A DNA stretch of 33,472 bases from a virus (Duplodnaviria > Caudoviricetes): positions 1-33,472 of the IMG/VR virus record IMGVR_UViG_3300038312_000303; one strand, written 5' to 3'. The notes under the pieces are model-generated. The model made no database searches and was not told the DNA's origin. It saw only the letters and a list, made by a program, of their open reading frames with translations. The translations under genes and the position numbers were made by a program. This document shows positions 16,522 through 24,551 of this stretch, piece by piece (the stretch's first letter is position 1; every line of letters begins with the position of its first letter).

Positions 16522-16818
16522 ATGAGCAATGAGATCGAATATCAAGCGCATTATCAGGCATTTGCCAAATGGAGATCCAGAAATCAGGACTTGGAAAACT
16601 CGATCGAGGAAGAAAAAGACTGCGAAAACTGTGGGGGAACAGGCGAATGCACTTGCATTGATTGTGGGACTGAACACATGTGTGGATACTGCGAGGGGTC
16701 AGGACGGGTTGATACTGATAGCTCACAGGAAATGATGACCCTGTATGAAGAACAGCTCAAGCGCGACAAGCTGCTTCTTGATAAATGGGTGCTAAAGAAA
16801 GAAAGTCAGGTGTCGTAA
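16522..16818 (+). CDS. Cys-rich Zn-finger protein (CxxCxGxG repeats)
   Basis: CENCGGTG, C.DCG, CGYCEGSG; GAGGAG RBS. Confidence 0.7.
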   Translation: MSNEIEYQAHYQAFAKWRSRNQDLENSIEEEKDCENCGGTGECTCIDCGTEHMCGYCEGSGRVDTDSSQEMMTLYEEQLKRDKLLLDKWVLKKESQVS

Positions 16819-17282
16819 TGGGGATCCTGAATTATTCGACTAAGATCGATCCTCACATCACTGCTGGAGAGCTGTCAGGAAAGCTAGCAGTACTCGGTGC
16901 AAATCAGGTTTCTATTGAGTACGATGAGCGCCGGCTGCCAGCTGGAATTAGCTTTGTGGTGATGATTAGCGGGTCTCACATCATGTTTAAGCTGCCGTGC
17001 AAATGGCAGGGCGTGTTGAGTGCCATGCGCAAGGATAGGTCCATCTCTAAGAGCTACCAAACGGAAGAGCAAGCGCGGCGGGTGGCCTGGAGGATCGTGA
17101 AGGATTGGGTGGAAGCACAGATGGCGATCATCCAGGCAGAATCGGCAGATCTGGCGGAGGTCTTCCTGCCTTACGCGATTAATCCGGGGACAGTGGAGAC
17201 GCTGTATCAGTCATTCACCTCAGACCCACAGAACCTGTTGATAGCCGGCAGCGAGATCGTTGATGGTGAGTACCATGAGTAG
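16818..17282 (+). CDS. Conserved hypothetical phage protein
   Basis: NY.T...RVAWRIVKDW..AQ.A...E.FLPY pattern; TAATG coupling. Confidence 0.7.
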   Translation: MGILNYSTKIDPHITAGELSGKLAVLGANQVSIEYDERRLPAGISFVVMISGSHIMFKLPCKWQGVLSAMRKDRSISKSYQTEEQARRVAWRIVKDWVEAQMAIIQAESADLAEVFLPYAINPGTVETLYQSFTSDPQNLLIAGSEIVDGEYHE

Positions 17283-17808
17283 CTCCGAAAAGCGGCCATT
17301 CGCAGAGGTGCTGCCGATCGCTGAAGGGATTGTGGACGAGCTGAGGCCGTATTGTGAGCGGATCGAAATAGCCGGCAGCCTCAGGCGGAAAAAGGAAATG
17401 ATCGGGGATATTGAGATCGTGATGATCCCCCAGGAAACGGAAGGCTTGTTTGGAGGAAGCAAGCGCGATGGGGCACTGCTGCTGGCCTTGACAGCCTCTT
17501 ACAGGGGATGGAGACGCGTGAAAGGCGGGGAGTGGTATCAGCAGTACCTAGTTGAAGGGATGACGGTGGATTTCTTTATCACCACACCCGAAAAGTGGGG
17601 CTGCATTTTCCTGATCAGGACCGGCAGCGCAGATTTCTCCAGGAAGGTTATGACGGCGAGATCCCAGGGCGGTCTGTGCCCGGATCATCTGAAGTTCTGG
17701 TCTGGCCGGCTGTGGGATGGGGATCGCGCCCTGGAGACACCTGAGGAAAAGGATGTGTTCCAGGCATTGGGGCTGGCGTTTATTGCGCCTGAGGCGCGTG
17801 CGGTTTAA
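17275..17808 (+). CDS. Minimal family X DNA polymerase / Pol beta-like nucleotidyltransferase (palm + thumb only, 177 aa)
   Basis: IAGSLRR...GDIEIV, VDFF, WG..L.RTGS..F and EE.DVF..LGL.FI.PE.R motifs. Confidence 0.85.
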   Translation: MSSSEKRPFAEVLPIAEGIVDELRPYCERIEIAGSLRRKKEMIGDIEIVMIPQETEGLFGGSKRDGALLLALTASYRGWRRVKGGEWYQQYLVEGMTVDFFITTPEKWGCIFLIRTGSADFSRKVMTARSQGGLCPDHLKFWSGRLWDGDRALETPEEKDVFQALGLAFIAPEARAV

Positions 17809-17835
17809 GCCCCTAACGGAGGAAAGATCTCTTTA

Positions 17836-17863
17836 TTGACTGAAAATTCTAAGTCGATACAAT
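17836..17863 (+). promoter_or_regulatory. Moron promoter
   Basis: TTGACT-16-TACAAT upstream of a GGAGG RBS. Confidence 0.6.
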
Positions 17864-17897
17864 TGTAAAAGATTGTTCATAGATCGATGGAGGATGT

Positions 17898-18509
17898 ATG
17901 CAAATTATTACACTATCTGGACCCTATACTTGGCCAACCTCTGTGAAGCTAGCACCAATAAGTTATAGATGTGGCTACTGTGGTGAGAAAATGAAATCAC
18001 AGGAAGGATACACGTCTAGAGAAGCGTCAACTTGGTCTGCTTCGTTTCCTAGTGGTGGAACTATCTATATTTGTTCCACTTGCGGTTCACCGACTATGTT
18101 CGATCATATTGGCGATCAATTTCCAGCACCTTGGTATGATTCCAATAGAGTTCAAAGTCTTCCAGAAATTGTTGAAGAGGTGTTCCGGGAAGCAAATATA
18201 TGTCAGCAAAATGGATGCTACACAGCGACAGTGATGCTATATCGAAAATTACTGATGCATCTTGCAGTGGAAAAGGGAGATAAACCTGGGAAAGGCTTTG
18301 TTCAATACGTAGATTATCTCGAGACCAATCATTATTTTCCCCCTGGAGGTGAAGAATGGGGGAAAAAGATTAAGGACCTCGGCAATGACGCAAATCACGA
18401 GATAGTCATTATGGGGAGCGAGGAAGCAGAACTGATCTCAACCACAATGGAAATGTTGCTTAAATTCATTTATGAGTATCCAGAAAAGTTTAGAGATACT
18501 ACAAGCTGA
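17898..18509 (+). CDS. Zn-ribbon + DUF4145 (HEPN-like) protein
   Basis: CGYC/CSTC; LPE.V...EA..C...TA.VML.RKLLMH.AV..G...F..YVDYL...IKDLGNDANHE; AT-rich with its own promoter. Confidence 0.8.
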   Translation: MQIITLSGPYTWPTSVKLAPISYRCGYCGEKMKSQEGYTSREASTWSASFPSGGTIYICSTCGSPTMFDHIGDQFPAPWYDSNRVQSLPEIVEEVFREANICQQNGCYTATVMLYRKLLMHLAVEKGDKPGKGFVQYVDYLETNHYFPPGGEEWGKKIKDLGNDANHEIVIMGSEEAELISTTMEMLLKFIYEYPEKFRDTTS

Positions 18510-18522
18510 CCGAAACCTATCT

Positions 18523-18873
18523 TTACAATGATTCGATGATGTACTTCACCAACAGGTCCTTGGCCACGGAAAGCATGAAACCGCCTGAGCCTTCCAGGAT
18601 GCTTTTGACGTGGGACCAGGCGTTATCGTGGCGGGCGGCGTCTAAGAACTCGTGGCCGGCGTTGGTGAGGCGGATGGGATAGACATGGACATCACCGCCG
18701 ATGCCAATCTCGACCTCAGCTTTGATGAAGCCGGCCTCAACCAGGATCTCCTGGTGATAGTTGATAGCATCCTGGGGAAACTGGTCCAGCACTATCGGGT
18801 GATAATCGGATGGATAAGGGAGATCTTCGTAAGCCTGAAGAATGGCCTTGATCAGATCGGGGTCGCGTTTCAT
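18523..18873 (-). CDS. DUF2513-family protein
   Basis: MKRD.DLIK.IL...YH..IL.EAGFI...RLT..GHEFLDA.R....W; AAGGAGG RBS. Confidence 0.85.
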   Translation of the reverse strand: MKRDPDLIKAILQAYEDLPYPSDYHPIVLDQFPQDAINYHQEILVEAGFIKAEVEIGIGGDVHVYPIRLTNAGHEFLDAARHDNAWSHVKSILEGSGGFMLSVAKDLLVKYIIESL

Positions 18874-18923
18874 TATTTCCTCCTTGGGATAAAGGGTGAG
18901 GTGATCGAGGAAGGGGATGCGTC

Positions 18924-19277
18924 TCATTCTTCGAGCTCACAGTACGTGGGATCCTCAGAGTCTACGGATAAGCCGGCATCACGCAGCTTCTTGAGATCGC
19001 TAGGGGTGGCGAAAGTCCACCCGGTGGAAGGGCTGCCGATAAGACGGCCCTGGGGCATGAGATCAGCCTGCTGGAGGGCATCGGCCAGGGCGAGGAAGCA
19101 GCTGAGAATGTGGGTGGTGAGGGGGAGCAGATCCTCAACGGCTTCCTGTGGCAGATGGTCCTGGGCTAGCTTGAGGAGTTCATCCAGGGTTTCCTGGTCT
19201 GACTTGCGGAGAGCCCGGCGAAAGCGCTGGAGGGCAGCGAGCTCTTCTTTCCAGGTGGGATTGTCTGGCAGATCCAT
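18924..19277 (-). CDS. Small helical protein resembling the PolB2-associated family (FRRALR..DQ..LD.L...A..H)
   Basis: Motif recognised from memory; ATG about 7 nt after the -10, so probably leaderless. Confidence 0.55.
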   Translation of the reverse strand: MDLPDNPTWKEELAALQRFRRALRKSDQETLDELLKLAQDHLPQEAVEDLLPLTTHILSCFLALADALQQADLMPQGRLIGSPSTGWTFATPSDLKKLRDAGLSVDSEDPTYCELEE

Positions 19278-19284
19278 GAAGGCT

Positions 19285-19313
19285 ATATTAGCACGCTTGT
19301 TCTATTATCGCAA
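19285..19313 (-). promoter_or_regulatory. Leftward promoter with embedded LexA-type box
   Basis: Minus strand TTGCGA-17-TAATAT; AGAAC-AAGC-GTGCT (19290-19303), one mismatch to AGAAC-N4-GTTCT. Confidence 0.65.
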
Positions 19314-19322
19314 GAGGGAAGA

Positions 19323-19529
19323 TTGATATCGCAAGGGTTGATGGGTGATCAGGCGGAATCGGTCCAGGACAGAAATGACGGACCGGTTCTTGCTGAATCG
19401 GCGATGGAACGGATCCGCAAGGCGGTGGACCTGGTGATCGCGGATGGCTATGGCCGGGTGATCATCGAAATCAAGAAGGGGAAGATCTTGATGATCACGA
19501 AGGAGTTCAGCGAGAAAGTTAACGAGTAA
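19323..19529 (+). CDS. Small DUF2292/YezD-like protein (start uncertain: 19323, 19341 or 19404)
   Basis: I..AV.....GYGRVIIEIKKGKI..I....K pattern. Confidence 0.6.
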   Translation: MISQGLMGDQAESVQDRNDGPVLAESAMERIRKAVDLVIADGYGRVIIEIKKGKILMITKEFSEKVNE

Positions 19530-19533
19530 ACGC

Positions 19534-19562
19534 TTGCATAATTAGAACAATTATGCTATTAT
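19534..19562 (+). promoter_or_regulatory. Putative late promoter with degenerate LexA-type box
   Basis: TTGCAT-17-TATTAT with TG extension; AGAAC-AATT-ATGCT at 19544-19557. Confidence 0.6.
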
Positions 19563-19594
19563 TTAAGCGTTGATTGGCCCAGCGAGGCATTGAT

Positions 19595-19639
19595 CCCGGG
19601 GCTGAAGACCAGTGTTTTCAGCGTCCCGGGTTTTCGTTT
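19595..19639 (+). terminator. Intrinsic terminator in the late-operon leader
   Basis: CCCGGG-GCTGAAGAC-cagt-GTTTTCAGC-gt-CCCGGG followed by TTTTCGTTT. Confidence 0.7.
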
Positions 19640-19663
19640 AATCCGGGGGAAGAGGAGAGAACG

Positions 19664-20065
19664 ATGTCAATCGAGTGGAGCCCAATCATCTCAGCAGTTA
19701 TCCAGGCAGTTTTGTTGGTGGTGTTACCGGTGATCGCGAGCGCGGTCACGGCTTTCCTGCTGGCCCAAGCTAAGTTCCTGTGGGCCAAGGCGCGGGCGTG
19801 GAACCCATCGGTCACGGCGTTGATCGAGGAAGCCGCGATCTTTGCGGTGCGCGCGGCTGAGCAGGCCGGCGCGGGTGAGTTGATCGAAGATAAGAAATTG
19901 TACGCCCTGGACATTGCCGAAAGGTGGCTGGCAGAGCGTTCGTTGTATATTGACATTACCCTTTTGGAAGCGGCAATTGAAAAGGCGGTGCTGGAGCAGT
20001 TCAACCCTGAGCTGCTGGCGCCCGCGTCTTTGGAGACTGCGCCCATGGTAGACGAGCTTGCCTGA
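19664..20065 (+). CDS. LL-H-family holin-like protein
   Basis: N-terminal TM segment; AVRAAEQ...G...KK.YA...IE.AV motif; GAGGAG RBS. Confidence 0.7.
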   Translation: MSIEWSPIISAVIQAVLLVVLPVIASAVTAFLLAQAKFLWAKARAWNPSVTALIEEAAIFAVRAAEQAGAGELIEDKKLYALDIAERWLAERSLYIDITLLEAAIEKAVLEQFNPELLAPASLETAPMVDELA

Positions 20066-20489
20066 GATGCCGGGGGAAATCGCCGAGTCTATCCCCTTCA
20101 CCGCTTGGGAGCAGGCGGTTTTTGTGGTCCTGGTGATCGTGCTGGTGATCACGTTGGTCGCGATCTGGAACCGGGAAGCGAATGCGTCGCGCGTGTTCCA
20201 GGCGGAGCAAAGCCGCGAGTGGCAGGAATTTATTTCCGGCCAGGACGATAAGTGGCGCACCTTCTCGAAGGAGCAGCGCGAGGCGAATAACACCGAGATG
20301 CGGAGTGTGAGCCAGTCTTTGAGGGACCTGGCCCAGGTGACATCCGGGCTGGCGCGCGAGGTGCAGGAGATGCGGCAGGAGTCGCGGGTGCATGCTGACC
20401 GATCGGACCTGCATAATGACGAGCTGGCCAAGTTGATCGGCCAGATGCTGCAGGCTAAACCTACACGCAGTAGGAAGGTTTCAGATTAA
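20058..20489 (+). CDS. Single-TM coiled-coil membrane protein (holin-like, BhlA/UviB type)
   Basis: Hydrophobic AVFVVLVIVLVITLVAIW followed by a coiled coil. Confidence 0.55.
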   Translation: MPEMPGEIAESIPFTAWEQAVFVVLVIVLVITLVAIWNREANASRVFQAEQSREWQEFISGQDDKWRTFSKEQREANNTEMRSVSQSLRDLAQVTSGLAREVQEMRQESRVHADRSDLHNDELAKLIGQMLQAKPTRSRKVSD

Positions 20490-20941
20490 TGGCTAGAGCA
20501 CCGCTGCGCCCCTGTGCCTACCCAGGCTGCCCCACCCTGGTGGTGGCCGGCCGATGTGAAGAGCATCGGAATGTAGGCGGCTGGGTGCGCGACGCCGATC
20601 GGCAGCGGTTGTATGGCCGGCGGTGGCAGGCGTTCAGGCGCACGTTCCTGGCGGAGCATCCCTGGTGTGTGATGTGTATGGACCAGGGAGTGTACACGGT
20701 GGCCACCGATGTGGACCACGTGATAGATCACAAGGGAGATGTCGATCGCTTCTGGGCAGGACCCTTCCAGGCGCTGTGCAAATCGCATCACAGTCAGAAG
20801 ACCGCCGCCGAAATGGGGGGTAGGGGGGTAGAAAAGTTTGAGACTGGGAGGGGTCGAGCGCGGTGGGTCACGCGCGCGAAAAATAATCCCAATGCGGGAA
20901 ATTCGGGGGGTATAGGTAAAGAGGTGGGAAATGCCACCTAG
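20489..20941 (+). CDS. Packaging-associated HNH endonuclease (HK97 gp74-like)
   Basis: CAYPGC..GRCEEH; HPWCVMC...VDHVIDHKGD...QALCKSHHSQKT; directly before terS. Confidence 0.88.
   Translation: MARAPLRPCAYPGCPTLVVAGRCEEHRNVGGWVRDADRQRLYGRRWQAFRRTFLAEHPWCVMCMDQGVYTVATDVDHVIDHKGDVDRFWAGPFQALCKSHHSQKTAAEMGGRGVEKFETGRGRARWVTRAKNNPNAGNSGGIGKEVGNAT
20815..20915. other. Probable cos region
   Basis: G-runs (GGGGGGTAGGGGGG...AAAAGTTT), a GC-rich core and A-tracts between the HNH core and terS, as in HNH/P27-TerS cos phages; exact cut site not determinable. Confidence 0.5.
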
Positions 20942-21593
20942 AAAACCTGCCAATTTAATCGTCCGAAACGAGACGAAAAACGAAGAAAATCAGAGAATTT
21001 CCGGGCAAAAAGCGGTGACTTCAGACACCAGATTGCCCACTACGGCGCCTAAAGAGCTGCGAGCGCACAAGGTTGCCAAGGAGGTTTGGCGGCGACTGGT
21101 GCGTGAGGATAACAAGCTGGAGAGCCCGTTGATGTCTGCCCAGGACCGGGACCTATTGGTGGATCTATGCCTGGCGAGCGAAGAGGAAGAGCAGATCATT
21201 CAGATGCGCAATGCTGCCAGAGAAGACTGGCTTGCCAGAAGGCAAGCCGCGATCGAGCACCGGCGCCATATGACGCGATGGGAAGAGATGGCAGAAACTG
21301 AGGATGACTTCCCTGTTAACTTCATCGAATTGGAGAGGCAAGCGATCAAGCTGGTGAACCATGTTCAGGCCGCATATAGGACGGTCCTGGATATTGATGC
21401 CAGGCTGGATGGCAAACGAAGGCTGATCGCGGATTATCTAAGCCAGCTTTATCTGACCCCCAAGTCGCGCGCAAAAGCTGTACCTTCAATACGCGAGGAT
21501 CAGGCCGTTGAGGTAGATCCAATGGAAGCGCTGATCAGCACGCCGGCCAGCCAGTTTGAAGCCATCGCCAATGCCAAAAGAGGTGAAGAATGA
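20931..21593 (+). CDS. terS: Terminase small subunit (P27-like, extended)
   Basis: MP.RKP start, APK.L...AK..W.RL, LTP.SR end; located between HNH and terL. Confidence 0.8.
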   Translation: MPPRKPANLIVRNETKNEENQRISGQKAVTSDTRLPTTAPKELRAHKVAKEVWRRLVREDNKLESPLMSAQDRDLLVDLCLASEEEEQIIQMRNAAREDWLARRQAAIEHRRHMTRWEEMAETEDDFPVNFIELERQAIKLVNHVQAAYRTVLDIDARLDGKRRLIADYLSQLYLTPKSRAKAVPSIREDQAVEVDPMEALISTPASQFEAIANAKRGEE

Positions 21594-23179
21594 CCCTGGC
21601 GCCAGGATCTTACAGGGATGAGGCGAGGGCTGATCGCGCGGTGGCCTTTTTTGAGCTGCTGCGCCATATTGACGGCCAGTTCTACAACAAACCTTTCGAC
21701 CTGCTGCCTTGGCAGGAAAAGATCATCCGGGATGTTTACGGGACCATTAAAGAAGATGGAACGCGCCAATACCGGGTAATTTGGCTGGAGATCCCCAAGA
21801 AAAATGGCAAGTCTGAGATGGGTGCTGGCGCGGCCATCTTTGGGACATTCGCAGATGGCGAAATGAATGGAGAGGTTTACGGATGCGCGGCTGACCGTGG
21901 CCAGGCTTCCATCATTTACAAAGTTGCAACCAAGATGATCGATCTAGTACCCGCACTGGCAAAGCGCGCGCGAAAACGGGATTCAATCAAGAAGATCGAA
22001 GACCGCGTTTCCGGCAGCTTCTATGAGGTCCTATCTGCTGAGGCTTACACGAAACACGGCTTCAAACCGAGCACAATCGTGTTCGATGAGATCCACGCGC
22101 AACCAAATTCTGATCTGTGGAATGTGATGACATTTGGGACCGGCGCAACAAGAGAGCAGCAGCTGATCTGGGTGCTTACCACCGCCGGTGATGATCCTGA
22201 CAGGAACAGCATCGGCTGGGAAATGCACGATTACGCCTTGCGGGTGCTTAATGGTGAGATCGTGGATCCCACCTGGTACGTGGTTATCTATTCCTACGAC
22301 GGGGATGACATCTGGAATGAGGCTAATTGGGCTGAAGCCAATCCTTCGATGGGAGAGGTGAAGTCAATCGATACGATGCGAGCGGAGGCTATTGCAGCTC
22401 AGAATGACCCAGCTAAAGAGAAATTATTCAGACAGTTTCATTTGAACCAGTGGGTTACAACAAAGCTGACGAGCTGGCTGCCCCTTGAGCTCTATGATGA
22501 GACCGAGGAAGACATCCCAGAAGAGGATTTGCATGGGTTGAAGTTTTTCATCGGCCAGGACGCATCTACGACCACGGATCTTTCGGCATTATGCCGGATA
22601 TACCCGCCTCAACAATGGCTGGACTTTTATTACATTAAATGGCTAGGCTTCATCCCAGAAGACTCGATGTATGACCGGGTCAGGATTGACCATGTTCCCT
22701 ACGATATCTGGCAAAAGAAAGGGTGGTTGACGGCGACTGAGGGAAACACCATCGATCACTGGGCGATGCTTGAAACAGTCCAGGAATGGCAGAAACAAGG
22801 CCACATCGTGGAACTAGTCTCAGATCCGGCGTTTGCGGTGATGCTGACCCAAGCTGAGCTAAAGGCCGGAATAAATGTAGTAACAGTCCAGGGTACTTTT
22901 GCCAATCTGACTGACCCGATGAATAACATCGAAATGCTGTTGAAATCAGGCCGGATGAAGCATGAAAAGAATGACCTGGCGCGCTGGTGTTTTGGCAATA
23001 CCTCAATCGCAATGAACGGCTCAGGTTTAAAAAAGTTTGTAAAAGAAACGAAGGGGAAGACTGTAATCCGCACCAAGCGCATCGACTTGATGGCAGCGCT
23101 GATCCTGGGAATGTGCCGGGTCCCATACGAAAACAAGGCGGAATCTGCCTATGAGTCAAGGGGTTTGGTGATCTTATGA
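21590..23179 (+). CDS. terL: Terminase large subunit
   Basis: LLPWQ, IPKKNGKS (Walker A), IVFDEIH (Walker B), TTAG, GQDAS.TTDL, KRID. Confidence 0.96.
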   Translation: MTLAPGSYRDEARADRAVAFFELLRHIDGQFYNKPFDLLPWQEKIIRDVYGTIKEDGTRQYRVIWLEIPKKNGKSEMGAGAAIFGTFADGEMNGEVYGCAADRGQASIIYKVATKMIDLVPALAKRARKRDSIKKIEDRVSGSFYEVLSAEAYTKHGFKPSTIVFDEIHAQPNSDLWNVMTFGTGATREQQLIWVLTTAGDDPDRNSIGWEMHDYALRVLNGEIVDPTWYVVIYSYDGDDIWNEANWAEANPSMGEVKSIDTMRAEAIAAQNDPAKEKLFRQFHLNQWVTTKLTSWLPLELYDETEEDIPEEDLHGLKFFIGQDASTTTDLSALCRIYPPQQWLDFYYIKWLGFIPEDSMYDRVRIDHVPYDIWQKKGWLTATEGNTIDHWAMLETVQEWQKQGHIVELVSDPAFAVMLTQAELKAGINVVTVQGTFANLTDPMNNIEMLLKSGRMKHEKNDLARWCFGNTSIAMNGSGLKKFVKETKGKTVIRTKRIDLMAALILGMCRVPYENKAESAYESRGLVIL

Positions 23180-23322
23180 AGAAAATAACGATCGAGAGCC
23201 TGATCTTTGTCGCCGGGTTAGGGGCGTTCTGCGCAGGTTTATGGCTAATCTACCCGCCGGCAAGTCTGGTGGGAGGTGGGCTTATTTTGATGTTTATCGC
23301 CATCCCTGGGGGTAAACGATGA
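23176..23322 (+). CDS. Small two-TM protein (48 aa) between terL and portal; absent from the ORF track
   Basis: MKKITIESLIFVAGLGAFCAGLWLIYPPASLVGGGLILMFIAIPGGKR; ATGA overlaps at both ends. Confidence 0.75.
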   Translation: MKKITIESLIFVAGLGAFCAGLWLIYPPASLVGGGLILMFIAIPGGKR

Positions 23323-24551
23323 GCATTCTGTCCAGACTAATCGAGCCGAGATCGATCGAAAACCCTGAAACCGCGATCAGTTCATCGACAATTTTGGACG
23401 TTATTGGGCTCAATCCCACTTTTTCTTCCAGGTCTGTCACACCCGAAAACTCTATGCAAGTGAGCGCGGTATTTGCATGCGTGAGCCTGCTAAGCGAGAC
23501 GATCGCATCCCTACCATTGCTGGTATATCGCCGGCTGGAAAATGGCAGGGAGAGGGCTTCTGATCATCCCGTTTATCCGGTTTTGCACGATGAGCCTAAC
23601 CCGGAACAGAGCAGTGTGGACTTTCGGTCCACGATGATGGCTTTCATCTTACTTTACGGGAATTCTTATGCAGAGATCGTCAGAGACGGCGCGGGGAATG
23701 TGCGCCAATTGTGGCCACTAACCCCTACCAGGGTACAACAGCAGCGGGATGCTGCTGGAAAACCCTACTATCAGGTGACTTTACCTGATCAGAAGACCGC
23801 TAATTTGCGTCCTGATCGCGTGCTTCACGTGCGCAACCTCCTTGGCCTATCTCCCATCAAACAGGCTAAAGAAGCCTTGGGACTCTCTATGGCCGCGGAG
23901 GAGTATGGAGCACGCTTTTTTGCCAATGATAGCCGTCCTGGGGGCATTTTGGAGCACCCCGGCAACCTTTCGGACGCGGCACAATCGCGCCTAAAGAAAA
24001 GTTATGAAGCCGCCAATCGCGGCCTTGAAAACAGGCACCGGGTAGCGATCCTCGAAGAGGGAATGAAATGGCACCAGATCGGGATCCCGCCAGAAGATAG
24101 TCAATTCCTTGAAACCAGGAATTTCCAAACCAAGGAAATCGCCCGGATTTTCCGGGTCCCGCCCCACATGATCGGTGATGTTTCAGGATCTACATCCTGG
24201 GGCACTGGGATCGAGCAGCAGACGATGGGATTCATCACATATTCGCTGAGATCCTGGTTGGTGAGATGGGAACAAGAGATTACGCGCAAACTGTTGAGCG
24301 TAGAGGAAAGACGGACCATATTTGCCGAATTCCTTGTGGATGGACTGCTGCGGGGTGACATCAAAACGAGGTACGAAGCGTATGCAGTTGCCCGGCAGAA
24401 CGGCTGGATGAACGGTAATGAGATCCGCGTGCTGGAAAACATGAACCCAGCCGAGGGATTGGATGACTACCTGGTGAATGGAAACATGCTGCCAGCAAAC
24501 GCGGCGGGAAGACCAACCCAGGAGAGTAAGGAGGAAGCGAATGAAGGATAA
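23319..24551 (+). CDS. HK97-family portal protein
   Basis: SAVFACV..LSETIASLPL, YGNSY, GLSP, QFLETR...EIARIFRVPPHMIG, NEIR..EN. Confidence 0.96.
   Translation: MSILSRLIEPRSIENPETAISSSTILDVIGLNPTFSSRSVTPENSMQVSAVFACVSLLSETIASLPLLVYRRLENGRERASDHPVYPVLHDEPNPEQSSVDFRSTMMAFILLYGNSYAEIVRDGAGNVRQLWPLTPTRVQQQRDAAGKPYYQVTLPDQKTANLRPDRVLHVRNLLGLSPIKQAKEALGLSMAAEEYGARFFANDSRPGGILEHPGNLSDAAQSRLKKSYEAANRGLENRHRVAILEEGMKWHQIGIPPEDSQFLETRNFQTKEIARIFRVPPHMIGDVSGSTSWGTGIEQQTMGFITYSLRSWLVRWEQEITRKLLSVEERRTIFAEFLVDGLLRGDIKTRYEAYAVARQNGWMNGNEIRVLENMNPAEGLDDYLVNGNMLPANAAGRPTQESKEEANEG

Noticed and set aside
18652-19326. 224-aa plus-strand ORF
   Set aside because: Antisense to two recognisable minus-strand genes; low-complexity S/R-rich translation
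19724-20431. 235-aa minus-strand ORF
   Set aside because: Antisense shadow of the holin-like genes
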